From Longimicrobiales bacterium (GTDB taxonomy: Bacteria > Gemmatimonadota > Gemmatimonadetes > Longimicrobiales > Gaopeijiaceae): a DNA stretch of 64,000 nucleotides. The notes under the pieces were generated by a model. It had not been told where the DNA came from. It worked only from the letters and a program-made list of their open reading frames with translations, and ran no database searches. Shown in pieces: positions 40,401 to 47,390 of this stretch. The stretch is from the NCBI GenBank assembly GCA_965204735.1, contig OZ242008.1:2944001-3008000 (forward strand), given 5' to 3'. A program made the position numbers and the translations under genes. Numbering within the stretch: position 1 is the stretch's first letter; each line of letters opens with the position of its first letter.

Positions 40401-42072
40401 CGGCCGTCTTGATCGTCCCGCCGTTCAGCGTCAACGCGCTCGCGCCGATGCTCAAGCCGTCCGCGTCCGCGTCGCCGCTCGCCACCACGTACCGGAACAT
40501 CAGCGTGTCCGTCCCCGTCCCGCTCGCGTAGCTCGCCTGCCGCGTCGCGCTCCCAATCCCCAGCGCCAGACGCGGTGTGCCGGTCACGTCAACCGCGCGG
40601 TTGAACACCAAACGAACCTCGATCGTCTCGCCCGGCTCAAAGGTATCGCCCACCGTGGGCGAGCTGATTGCTATATCCGTCACCTCCGGCCCCAGGCCGC
40701 CGTTCACCTTGTGCGCCGCCGCATCCGTGACGGCGTGCGAACCCAGCCCCAAGTTCGCCGCCACCGAAGCGTCCCGAGCGTCGTTGATCGTCCCGCCGTT
40801 CAGCCCCAGCGCGCTCGCCCCGATGCTCAAGCCGTTCAAGTCCGCGTCCGCCGCCGCTGCCACGTACCGGAACACCAGCGTGTCTGTCCCCGTGCCGCTC
40901 GCGTAGGACGCCTGCCGCGCCTGCGTCCCCACCGTCAGCGCCAGCTGCGGAGTGCCCGTCACCGTCACATTATGCGTGAACGCCACGGCCACCGCGATCG
41001 TGTCGCCCTGCATGTACGTGTCGCCCACGACCGGACTGCTCGATATCGCCACGCCGCCCACCGACGCCGGCACGGACACCTTGTGCGCCGCCGCATTCGT
41101 GATCGCGTGCGTGCCCAGGCCGAGCGCTGCGTTCTGCGTCGTGCCCGACCGCCGGATCGTTCCGCTGTTCAGCGCCAGCGCGCTCGACCCGATGCTCAGC
41201 CCGTCCGCGTCCAGGTCCGCGGCCACCACCACGTACCGGAACACTAGCGTGTCCGTCCCCGTGCCGCTCGCGTAGGACGCCTGCCGCGTCTGCGCTCCGA
41301 CCCACAGCGCCAGCCGCGGAGCGCCCGTCACGGCCACCGCCGCGTCGAACACCACCTGTGCCGTGATGGTGTCTCCAGCGCTGTATGTGCTGTCGGCGCC
41401 TGCGCTGCTCGAAATCGCCACCCCGCTCACCGCCGGCGCCGACAACCCCAGGAGGCCGTTCACCTTGTGCGCCGCGGCATTTGTGATCGCGGTCAAAGTA
41501 CGGGTAATGTCCAGTCCTGTATTGCTATTCTCAAGATCGTTGTCCAGCGCGTTCGAGGCGATGCTGATCCCGTCCGCGTCCAGGTCCGGCGCCGCCACGT
41601 GGTACCAATACTCCAACCACCTGAACGGGAAACCACTGCGAGGCGGTCTTCCCCCTGGGCAAGAAGTCCCAGCACAGGCCTTTCTGGTCGTTGTCCCGAT
41701 CGTCAGACTCAACTCCGATTCATTGTCGTTGAAGCTCCAGTCGACGCCGACGCTGAACCACAGTCTTACCTTGATGGTGTCGCCGAACCCGTACGTGTTG
41801 TCCGCCCCCGCCGAGCTGACGATCTTCAGGCTGTCTACCTGACCCTGGGCGCTCAGCGAGGTCGGCGTCGAGGTCCCGAACACCGCCAGCAGGCCGAAGG
41901 CCGCCAGCGTTGTTCTCGCTACCGACATTCGCACCAGCTGGCTGTGCCGGCCCATCCGGTCGCGCCAGCGCGGGAGGCGCCGACTACTCGGCGCGCAGCG
42001 GCCTCGGGCGGAGGTGTCGAAGGAGAAAGGGGGGGGGGGGGGGGGGGGCAATATATGGGTGTAACGGGTCAT
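31432..42072 (-). CDS. Giant repetitive surface protein/adhesin, 3546 aa: 17 ~125-aa repeats, five cadherin-like repeats, one Ig-like unit, autotransporter-like barrel
   Basis: Repeat consensus TY..G..I.V.V.F...V.VTGTPQLAL.IG..TRQA.Y.SG.GT..L.F.Y.V...D.D.DG; cadherin-type NE.P.F...Y.F.L.EN and ATDPD; amphipathic beta-strand C-terminus ending GTITFK. Confidence 0.9.
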   Translation of the reverse strand: MTRYTHILPPPPPPPFSFDTSARGRCAPSSRRLPRWRDRMGRHSQLVRMSVARTTLAAFGLLAVFGTSTPTSLSAQGQVDSLKIVSSAGADNTYGFGDTIKVRLWFSVGVDWSFNDNESELSLTIGTTTRKACAGTSCPGGRPPRSGFPFRWLEYWYHVAAPDLDADGISIASNALDNDLENSNTGLDITRTLTAITNAAAHKVNGLLGLSAPAVSGVAISSSAGADSTYSAGDTITAQVVFDAAVAVTGAPRLALWVGAQTRQASYASGTGTDTLVFRYVVVAADLDADGLSIGSSALALNSGTIRRSGTTQNAALGLGTHAITNAAAHKVSVPASVGGVAISSSPVVGDTYMQGDTIAVAVAFTHNVTVTGTPQLALTVGTQARQASYASGTGTDTLVFRYVAAAADADLNGLSIGASALGLNGGTINDARDASVAANLGLGSHAVTDAAAHKVNGGLGPEVTDIAISSPTVGDTFEPGETIEVRLVFNRAVDVTGTPRLALGIGSATRQASYASGTGTDTLMFRYVVASGDADADGLSIGASALTLNGGTIKTAGRTADATLGLGASVVVTNSGSHKVTGTATTPAVSAVTISSTPASDSTYGGAELIEVKVAFSRPVAVTGSPQLALTIGSATRQARYWSATSKADTLVFVYSVGVADADTVGIGIGASALTLNGGSINDVRPGATPASLGLGSHAITNAAAHKVDGSTGPPRVTGVSLNDAPTDSTFELSDAVVVTVEFTVAVTVTGTPRVRVGLGSSLRNAWYRRGSGTTSLEFEYTVFQTNADADGISIGANALETPSGSTIRRMGTTTDAVLGLGIHAISNSAAHKVAGNTRTTPVVKGVRITSTPAVGDTYLGGEAIEVEVEFVRGVYVAGTPRLALAVGDSTRQAEYNRRDATFTRVTFRYVVQATDADADGISVGAGALAVSASDTIADGRLWSDAADLALGSHVFSNAGAHKVAGDVPYVTSAFFLSATLGGISYASTDSVYGLGDPIRVGVGFNTGVTVTGTPSLALGIGTQTRSAAQCGTTGGGTILVFCYTVVGADSDSTGISIGANALTLPGGATIRGTGTTTDARLTLTPWSFADAAAFQVDGTKEVAPGVSGVTISSDAGADSTYGRTEAIEVEVEFERSVAVTGTPQLALEIGSDTVQASYASGSGTQTLTFRYVVVTANSDSDGISIGASALALNGGAIVLAGGTAAASLGLGSSAVANAALHKVDGSIGPPGVTAVSISSPTVGDTFERGETIEVALAFTPAVDVTGTPQLALTIGSATRQASYASGTGTDTLVFRYVVASGDADADGLSIGASALALNGGTIKVAGGTLDAVLGLGASAVTNSTGHKVAGGTFTTPAVSAVTISSAPAADSTYKLSEQIEVKVAFSRPVAVTGTPRLALTIGTQTRQASYDSALSKVDTLVFGYAVRPADADTVGISIGASALTLNGGSIADVRPGAAAAALSLGSNAVANAAAHKVDGSQGPPGVAGLSVTAPPGGTFERGDTVVATVTFNKAVDVTGTPQLALGIGGQTRQAGYASGTGTAALVFRYVVVTADTDTDGLSVGASALALNGGTIDVAGGTTDALLSLAHHAISNDGALRVAGGTFTAAAVSGVSITSSPAGASTYGLSEEIEVEVTFDRNVTVTGAPQLALTIGSQTRQAAYDSATSVAAGGRVLTFRYTVAAADADTDGISIGASALALNGGTISDARDGSTAASLGLGSHAISNSTGHRVDGAQGPPGVSGVSVASPPIGDTFERGDTVVATVTFNKGVDVTGTPQLALTIGMQTRQAGYASGTGTASLVFRYVVVTADVDADGLSIGASALALSGGMIDVAGGAVDAVLGLGAHAVTNSAGHKVAGGTFTAASVSGVSLTSSPAVATTYGRGEQIEVQVTFNRRVSVTGTPQVALTVGAQTRQADYASGTGTYTLTFHYTVVAADADADGIEVGASALALNSGTLNDARDGTTAAALGLGSHALSTAAGHKVDGTLAGASVTGVAVSSTPESGDTYGLGERIEVQVTFDRAVTVTGAPQLALTVGTTTRQASYVGGSGTATLSFAYRVQGAGSGGSGTGGVDADADGVGVAAAALTLNGATIVNTADGVRPAVLALGSHAIAAAANDKVDGTAEAVPAVMGMAVTSTPGASGLYGPGGVIRVTVTFSRPVEVVGAPQLAIEIGTAVRQASYVSGSGTPAVVFEYVVQPADRDEDGISIPADALTATGGAALRIAGGTTAAALDLGELAMENLEEHQVNGAGGTDPVFGRAEYEFELTEDVAGPVVVGTVSATDPFGGEVTYSLAAGDEGLFEVDARTGEVRYVGTGEDAESRSEFVMIVRATADDGERTGDATVTVRLVNVNDAPVFTAERYAFAMAENAAGPLALGVAEAVDLDEGDTLTYRLAAGDADRFEVDGATGAVRYVGSGEDYEGAGPKSWELEVTATDLAGSSAKAVVAVALTNVNEGPAFADSAYAFDLAENARGPLLLGAVRATDPDGGDWLSYALAAGDAERFKVNATSGAVQYVGAGEDAETGPGSWELEMTATDRGGLAARTRVVVTIEDQNEGPVFVESIWEWELAEHVAGPVELGAVEATDVDAGDTLVYSVSGARAVLFDVGESSGVVRYVGTGEDAETGPEGWEFEVVATDRGGLAAVAKVRVLLLDVNEAPAFVDSAYAFELAENVRGPRELGRVEATDPDRDDALTYSLAQGDAGRFQVDGASGQVRYVGAGEDYEDGPPEFALAVRVTDGGGLTAEAAVMVTLLDVNEGPEAVGSLSPPVLEVGGAPWEVGLGEYFRDPDGDALSYVVVSSSPSVAAASVSGAGRLSVAPREIGAAVVTVTATDAGGLTATQQASVTVSASRADRARALKLTLAAFGRSLGTETVDAIGGRLGLESSGPPGRSHMQLGGRSLSCVAFDGGRGSGGVSSGTASAHASDAGGAASASGADMGQGGAEGQLDQTSTASAHAGPDEGGAGLGGGVLGGRCGLESLVRNATGLLGLQITHPGAAGSGLGGIPGGTLDLATILFGDGGAGLGAGGGALGLGGSYQGQREEDAGRAERTRGGVAFSPLTGRDLRSRSSFQLSFGGDSGGEQGNAGANASTDAASRSPGASPAQTASQTGWTLWGQANVGEFEGRPEDDFAMDGRTRSAYMGLDYRFGSGFLMGLAGSRSDVAANYESGINGVGKTKAHLTSLYPYASWSSQGGFGVWGLAGAGRGAANVGETGPPTYDADLRMRMGALGVRQKLMGGLALKADAFAVRMMTDASDVHVAAVTAGAQRVRLAPELAGQWTSGSIAMRTRIEVGGRYDGGDAETGMGAEAGADLGLVHAGSGLSLDARGRMLLIHQDRNFKEWGAAVALRVQPGREDGGLSFSLEPSWGNASGGAQTLWQGGADVWRTAGVPGLGAPAPANPGGGVPTGGDQAGYGGPTGHGGLTSHGGPTSPGAGPTHGFGAPQDARGWAPDRLAIEVGYGVLLPGGGRIKPFGRWSREGPAGYRLNVGTQWATLGGETAEQQDPGLRLVMDFFGEQVANGFQPPERRVGLAGTITFK
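42029..42048. repeat. G20/C20 homopolymer in the 5' end of the adhesin ORF
   Basis: 20 consecutive G on the + strand, encoding most of a 7-Pro run on the - strand. Confidence 0.9.
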
Positions 42073-42182
42073 GACTTCGCGCCAAGGGGGCGGGGATAGT
42101 AGGGAACCGGAGCACGGCGGCGAGACCAGCAGGTCAAAGATGTCACGCCCGACAACAGGCGCGCAAGGCCTGAGGTGAAGAC

Positions 42183-42204
42183 AGCCCTGTCATTTCGCAG
42201 GGCT
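42183..42204 (-). terminator. Possible hairpin after purA
   Basis: AGCCCTG-N8-CAGGGCT about 10 nt after the purA stop. Poor U-tract. Confidence 0.3.
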
Positions 42205-42214
42205 TGGACACCCA

Positions 42215-43549
42215 TCAGTTCAGGATCACTTGGCTGCGGCGGGTTCCCACCGAAACCATTGCGATGGGAGCGCCGGCCAGCTCCTCGATGCGGTCCAGGT
42301 AGGCGCGGGCGTTGGGCGGAAGGTCCGCTCGGCGACGAGCGCCGCTGGTGGGCGACAGCCATCCCGGCAAGGTCTCGTACACCGGCTCGGCGCGGTCCAG
42401 GTCGGCGGCGACCGGCGGGAAGGCGTTGCTGGCCCGACCGTCCAGACGGTATCCGGTGGCGATCTTCAGCCGCGGAAGCGTGTCCAGCACGTCCAGCTTG
42501 GTGACGGCGATCCCCGTCAGTCCGTTGACCCGCGCCGCGTAGCGCGCCACCACCGCGTCGAACCAGCCGCAGCGGCGGGGCCGGCCGGTCGTCGCTCCGA
42601 ACTCGGCGCCCAGGCGGCGGACGCGGGCGTCCATCTCGTCGTCGAAGGCCGTCGGGAGCGGACCGTTGCCGACCCGAGTGGCGTACGCCTTGACGACTCC
42701 GATCACCGCGCCGACCGATGTCGGTCCGATCCCGACCCCGGCGGCGGCGGCACCGGCGGTCGTGCTGGACGACGTGACGAACGGGTAGGTGCCGTGGTCC
42801 ACGTCCAGCGCCGTGCCCTGAGCGCCTTCCAGCAGGACCTCCTTGCCGGCAGCCAATGCGTCGGCGATCTCGTCCCCCACGTCGGTCGCGACCTCCGCCA
42901 AGCGCTCCCGGATCGTGCCGGGACCGCCCTGCGCGCCGTCCGCCCGAACCAGCTCCGGGTCGGCTCCCAGCGCGCGCAGCCGGCTTCGCGCCCACTCCGC
43001 GCTGGCCGCCACCGCCTCGCGCGCCCGTCGTGGGTCCAGCAGGTCGCCCACCCGCACGCCCCGCCGCCCGGCCTTGTCCTCGTAGGCGGGACCGATCCCG
43101 CGCCCCGTGGTGCCGATCTTGCAGCCCGCGACCCGCTCCGCCTCTTCGTCCAGCACCTTGTGGTGGGGCAGGACCACGTGGGCGCGCGCGCTCACGCCGA
43201 TCCGGCCCCGAGGGTCCACGCCGCGCTCCGCCAAGCTGTCGTACTCGGCAAAGAACTGCGCCAAGTCGACCACGACCCCGTTGCCCAGCAGGCACCGCTT
43301 GCCCGGATGGAGGATCCCCGACGGAATCTGGTGCAGCACGAACTCGCGGTCCCCCGTGTGGACGGTGTGTCCCGCGTTGGCGCCTCCCTGGTAGCGCGCC
43401 ACCACGTCGGCGTCCGCCGCCAGCACGTCCACGACCTTGCCCTTTCCCTCGTCGCCCCACTGGCAACCCACGACGACGGTGCACCCGCCGCCGGCCCCGG
43501 CCGCCCCGACGCCCCCCGTCGCCCGCCAGTCCCGGAGCGCTATGGACAT
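42215..43549 (-). CDS. purA: Adenylosuccinate synthetase
   Basis: GCQWGDEGKGK, GGANAGHT, IGTTGRGIGPAY, EGAQG, GTYPFVTSS, TTGRPRRCGW. Confidence 0.97.
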   Translation of the reverse strand: MSIALRDWRATGGVGAAGAGGGCTVVVGCQWGDEGKGKVVDVLAADADVVARYQGGANAGHTVHTGDREFVLHQIPSGILHPGKRCLLGNGVVVDLAQFFAEYDSLAERGVDPRGRIGVSARAHVVLPHHKVLDEEAERVAGCKIGTTGRGIGPAYEDKAGRRGVRVGDLLDPRRAREAVAASAEWARSRLRALGADPELVRADGAQGGPGTIRERLAEVATDVGDEIADALAAGKEVLLEGAQGTALDVDHGTYPFVTSSSTTAGAAAAGVGIGPTSVGAVIGVVKAYATRVGNGPLPTAFDDEMDARVRRLGAEFGATTGRPRRCGWFDAVVARYAARVNGLTGIAVTKLDVLDTLPRLKIATGYRLDGRASNAFPPVAADLDRAEPVYETLPGWLSPTSGARRRADLPPNARAYLDRIEELAGAPIAMVSVGTRRSQVILN

Positions 43550-44451
43550 GCACGCACGGGCTGAAGCAGGCCCGCCGCCGCCAGCAGCGCGGCCACCTCG
43601 TCCCGCCGACCCTCGGGCAACGCGCGCAAGGGCGGCCGCGGCGCCCCCCCGGCCCAGCCCAGCAGGTCCAGCGCGCACTTCACCCCGGCCACGCCCATCC
43701 CGCCGACCACCTTGTCGTGCAGAGGCGCGATCCGCTCCTGCATCGCTCCGGCCCCCGCCGCGTCCCCCGCCGCGAAGCGGGAGTGGACCAGCGCGGACTC
43801 CCGAGGCGCCAAGTTGGCCACGCCCAGGATGCCCCCGGCGGCGCCCGCCTCCAGCGCGGCGTAGAGGATGCTCCCGCTCCCCACCAGCACCTGAAAGCCC
43901 GGCCGGGCCACGGTCAGCAGCTCGCCCACCAGCTCGAGCTTGCCCCGGGAGTCCTTGATCCCGACGATCTTCTCGTGGACCGAGAGCTCGGCCACCAAGC
44001 CAGACGGAAAGTCCAGCGTCGCGAAGCGGGTCGGGACTTGGTAGACGATCACCGGCACGGGCGCGGCGTCCGCGACCGCCAAGTAGTGGTCCCGCACGAC
44101 GGCAGGAGTCATGGCGGGCCGGTAGAAGGCGGGCGGCTGCACCAGAAGGGCGTCGCAACCCAGGTCCGCCGCCTTCCGCGACAGGCGCACCGTGGCCCGC
44201 CGGGACTCGGCCCCGGCGCCCGCCACCAGGAGCAGCTCGTCGGGCGCCGTGTCCCGAACGGCCTCCCACGTGGCGCACCGCTCGTCCTCGTCCAGGAGGA
44301 CGGCCTCGCCCGTGGAGCCGCCGACCACGAAGCCGCGCACCCCCGTCGCCGACCACTTCTCGACGTTGGCCCGAAGGCCCGCCAAGTCCACTTCGCCGGT
44401 GGCCCGGTCGAAGGGAGTGACGACGGGGATCATGACGCCGCCGATGTTCAC
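43540..44451 (-). CDS. Dihydrodipicolinate synthase/HOG aldolase family lyase
   Basis: VTPF, GSTGE, IVYQVP, GIKDS (Schiff-base Lys), PRPPL. GTG start at 44451. Confidence 0.9.
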   Translation of the reverse strand: MNIGGVMIPVVTPFDRATGEVDLAGLRANVEKWSATGVRGFVVGGSTGEAVLLDEDERCATWEAVRDTAPDELLLVAGAGAESRRATVRLSRKAADLGCDALLVQPPAFYRPAMTPAVVRDHYLAVADAAPVPVIVYQVPTRFATLDFPSGLVAELSVHEKIVGIKDSRGKLELVGELLTVARPGFQVLVGSGSILYAALEAGAAGGILGVANLAPRESALVHSRFAAGDAAGAGAMQERIAPLHDKVVGGMGVAGVKCALDLLGWAGGAPRPPLRALPEGRRDEVAALLAAAGLLQPVRACP

Positions 44452-45584
44452 TAGACAAGCTCCGGAGTGGGTCCAGGGGGCAGCATTCCGGTCTTCTCCC
44501 GCACGAGGGCCAGGGTCTCTCCCGCCATGGCTCTGGCCCGCCCAGCCATTGCGTGGATCACTTCGTCCAAGTCCTTCTCCCGTCGCAGGACGGCCGCCCG
44601 GCGCTCGCGCATCTCGCTGGTCAGGGCCACGAGCGCGTCGGCGGTCCGGCCCTTGAGGTCGACGTAGCGGAGGGCGCCTGCGAAGTAGTCCCGCCGCATC
44701 TGGTCCGCGTCGTCCTGGAAGCCGCACGCCCCCAGGATCGCCAGCAGGTTCTCGACCCCGGGGCTCGCCTGGCCGCCGGCGGCAGGAGCGCCCGAATCGG
44801 TCACAGCCGACCGTATCTTGCGGCGCACCGATTCCTCCTCCTCGAAGAGTCCGACGTAGTGCTTCGGTCCCAGGCTCTTGCTCATCTTCTTGGTCGGGTC
44901 CGCGGGCGACAGCAGCTTGGGGACCGGAGTGTGAAGGGTCTCGGGCTCGGGAAAGACCCGGCCGAAGCGGGCGTTGAAGCGCCGCGCCAGTCCCCGGCTC
45001 ATCTCGAGGTGCTGGGACTGGTCGCGGCCCACCGGCACGCAGTCGGCCCTGTAGGCCAAGATGTCCGCCGCCTGCAGGACCGGGTAGAAGAGCAGGCCCG
45101 CCGGCACGAAACTCCCGTCGTCGTGGCTCGCCCCGCCGCCGTCGTCGCGGCGCCTCGAGCCGGGGCCGTCGTCGTCGCCGGGCCGCCCGCCCGCCCGCCC
45201 ATTGCGCCGCCCGCCGCCCTCGCCGCCTCGCAGCAGGCTCGACTTCTCCTTGAACTGGGTCATCCGTCCCAGGTCGCCCGCCGAAGCCAGCGTCGCCAGC
45301 ACCCAGCACAGCTCCGTGTGCTCCGGCACAGTGGACTGGACGAAGACGGTGGCGCGCTCCGGATCGACCCCGCACGCCAGCAGTGCCGCGAACATGTCCT
45401 TGGTGGAGTGCCGCAGCTCCCGCGGGTCGTATGCGACCGTCATCGCGTGCAGGTCCACCACGCAGTAGACGGCCTCGCATTCGTCCTGGAGGCGGACCCA
45501 GTTCTTCACGGCGCCGAAGTAGTTGCCGATCGTCATCACGGCCGTCGGCTGGATGCCGGAGAATACGCGCTTGGGCGTTGCCAT
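44451..45584 (-). CDS. trpS: Tryptophan--tRNA ligase
   Basis: FSGIQPT, TIGN, VDLHA, RMTQFKEK, YPVLQAADIL, VPVG.DQ, KMSKS. Confidence 0.96.
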   Translation of the reverse strand: MATPKRVFSGIQPTAVMTIGNYFGAVKNWVRLQDECEAVYCVVDLHAMTVAYDPRELRHSTKDMFAALLACGVDPERATVFVQSTVPEHTELCWVLATLASAGDLGRMTQFKEKSSLLRGGEGGGRRNGRAGGRPGDDDGPGSRRRDDGGGASHDDGSFVPAGLLFYPVLQAADILAYRADCVPVGRDQSQHLEMSRGLARRFNARFGRVFPEPETLHTPVPKLLSPADPTKKMSKSLGPKHYVGLFEEEESVRRKIRSAVTDSGAPAAGGQASPGVENLLAILGACGFQDDADQMRRDYFAGALRYVDLKGRTADALVALTSEMRERRAAVLRREKDLDEVIHAMAGRARAMAGETLALVREKTGMLPPGPTPELV

Positions 45585-45796
45585 GGCTGAGTGGGGCGCT
45601 CTTGCGGGACTGTGCGGATTGCGGGCTGGGCCCCGGAGCGGAGCGGAGGAAGGGAGGGCGTCTGGGCCGGGAGCGACGCTGCCGCCGGCGACGCCGCCTT
45701 TAATGTAGCGAGTCTTCCGTCTGTTCCGACGGCAGCGCCCGGCAAGCGAGCGGCCGGCGCAGGAGACGGGTCGCCGACCGCTCGCAAGGGCCGTGC

Positions 45797-46288
45797 TCAG
45801 GCCGGGTCGTTCACCCGCGACTGGTCGTCGTCGAGGTCGTCGTCCGCTTCCGGCTGCACGGGACACGCCGCGCGCCAGCTGCCCGGCGCCTGGCTCGGAT
45901 GGTAGAGGACGAAGACGCCCCCGTTGCGGCAGGCGTCGTGCCGAAGCGCGCGGGCCATGCACCGCCGGAAGGCGTCCAGCTCGAGGCGGTTCGTCGCGTC
46001 CTCGACCGCGCAGACGGCCGCGCTCCCCTCGGGATCGTCCTGGGGCCTCGCGCCCTCGCCCAGGTCCTGGATCCTGTAGGACCGGTCGCTGCCGGCGAAG
46101 ACGACCTGGACCGGGCCGCCCTTCGACTCGGCGGCGGCGAAGATCGTCGTCCAGGGGTTGGTGGTCTCGGTGAGCTCGCGGGGCTCGTCCGCGAGCTTGG
46201 TGGGCGCGGCGTCGTCGTCGCAGGCGACGGCCACGAGGGCCAGCGCCAGCGTGGCGAAGGCCGCCCTGATGGATGCGGCTGCTTTCAT
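45797..46288 (-). CDS. Hypothetical lipoprotein
   Basis: GAGGAG site, lipobox-like LVAVAC, four further Cys. Confidence 0.7.
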   Translation of the reverse strand: MKAAASIRAAFATLALALVAVACDDDAAPTKLADEPRELTETTNPWTTIFAAAESKGGPVQVVFAGSDRSYRIQDLGEGARPQDDPEGSAAVCAVEDATNRLELDAFRRCMARALRHDACRNGGVFVLYHPSQAPGSWRAACPVQPEADDDLDDDQSRVNDPA

Positions 46289-46385
46289 GATTGCTCCTCG
46301 CGATCGGTCCCGACCGCTGCGGCTCGCCGTCGGTGGCGCGCCCGCGTCCGGGTCTGTACCGATCCAATACACCGGGATTCCGAAA

Positions 46386-46441
46386 GGGTTCCATCGGGGT
46401 CCGTGAAGGGTTCCATCGAGTCGGAGCAAGGGGTTCCATCG
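46386..46441. repeat. Three direct copies of GGGTTCCATCG in a divergent intergenic region
   Basis: Copies start at 46386, 46408 and 46431. Confidence 0.85.
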
Positions 46442-46490
46442 GGTCGGAGCGGGGGTCCTTCGCAGGCGCCGGCCGGCTACATTTCCCAGC

Positions 46491-47381
46491 ATGGCTTCCT
46501 GCGTGGCGACCACGACCGACTTGCTGGCGACCGCCGAGGACGCGGCCCGAGCGGCGACGGAGGTCCACCGGGACGCGGCGCGCGACCGGAGTCGGCTGCG
46601 GGTGGGCTCGAAGACCGGCCACAGCGACTTCGTGTCGGAGGTGGACATGGCGGCCCAGAGCGCGGCGCTGGCGGTGATCGGCGCGCGCCACCCGACTCAC
46701 GGGCTCATGGCGGAGGAGGACGGCGGCGCCAGGCCGGGCGCCCCGGGCAACGAGCGCCTCTGGCTGGTGGACCCGTTGGACGGCACCACCAACTTCCTCC
46801 ACGGACACCCGTTCTACTCTGCGTCGGTGGCAGTGTGGGACCGGGATGGACCATTGGCCGGCGCGGTCCGCGCCCATGCGCTGGGAAGGTCGTGGACCGC
46901 CGCGCGGGGCGAAGGCGCCTTCGAGAACGGCGAACCGATCCAGACCAGCCGCACGGAAGACTTGGCCGCCTTCCTGCTGGGCGCCGGGTTCCCCTTCAAG
47001 TTCCCGGCGCTGATCGAGCCGTTCCTGGCCGCCCTGGAGCAAGCTCTGCGCCGCACCTCCGGCGTTCGCCGAACGGGCGCGGCCTCGCTGGACTTCGCCT
47101 ACGTCGCCAGCGGCCGACTGGACGGCTATTGGGAGGACCGGCTGTGCGCCTGGGACTTCGGCGCGGGAGCCCTCCTCGTCACGGAGGCCGGCGGCGCGGT
47201 CGGCCGGATCGAAGGCGGCCCCCTCGCGGCGGCGCACGGCTCGGTCCTCGCGGCCAACTCGGCCCGGTCGCTGGAGCGGCTGCGGGAGCTGGTGGCGGGC
47301 CGGCCCCGGCCCCTTGGACCGGTCGAACCCCCGGAGTCGGCCGGGCCGATCCCGCTGGCGGGGCCGAAGCCCGCGGAGTAG
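46491..47381 (+). CDS. Inositol monophosphatase family (SuhB-like)
   Basis: DFVSEVD, AEE, WLVDPLDGTTNF, RRTGAASLD, WDFGAG. Confidence 0.92.
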   Translation: MASCVATTTDLLATAEDAARAATEVHRDAARDRSRLRVGSKTGHSDFVSEVDMAAQSAALAVIGARHPTHGLMAEEDGGARPGAPGNERLWLVDPLDGTTNFLHGHPFYSASVAVWDRDGPLAGAVRAHALGRSWTAARGEGAFENGEPIQTSRTEDLAAFLLGAGFPFKFPALIEPFLAALEQALRRTSGVRRTGAASLDFAYVASGRLDGYWEDRLCAWDFGAGALLVTEAGGAVGRIEGGPLAAAHGSVLAANSARSLERLRELVAGRPRPLGPVEPPESAGPIPLAGPKPAE

Positions 47382-47390
47382 CCTGGGTCC

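Noticed and set aside
31735..41247. 3170-aa + strand ORF
   Set aside because: Antisense shadow of the adhesin. Arg/His/Ala-rich with no motifs; explained by stop-poor high-GC codon bias.
35300..41850. Diversity-generating retroelement acting on the adhesin
   Set aside because: No reverse transcriptase in the window, and no template/variable repeat pair differing only at adenines was identified.
45520..45545. TIGN instead of HIGH in TrpRS
   Set aside because: A known normal variant in bacterial TrpRS.
46386..46450. Possible mini-CRISPR array
   Set aside because: An 11-bp repeat with 11-12-nt spacers is far too short, and no cas genes are present.
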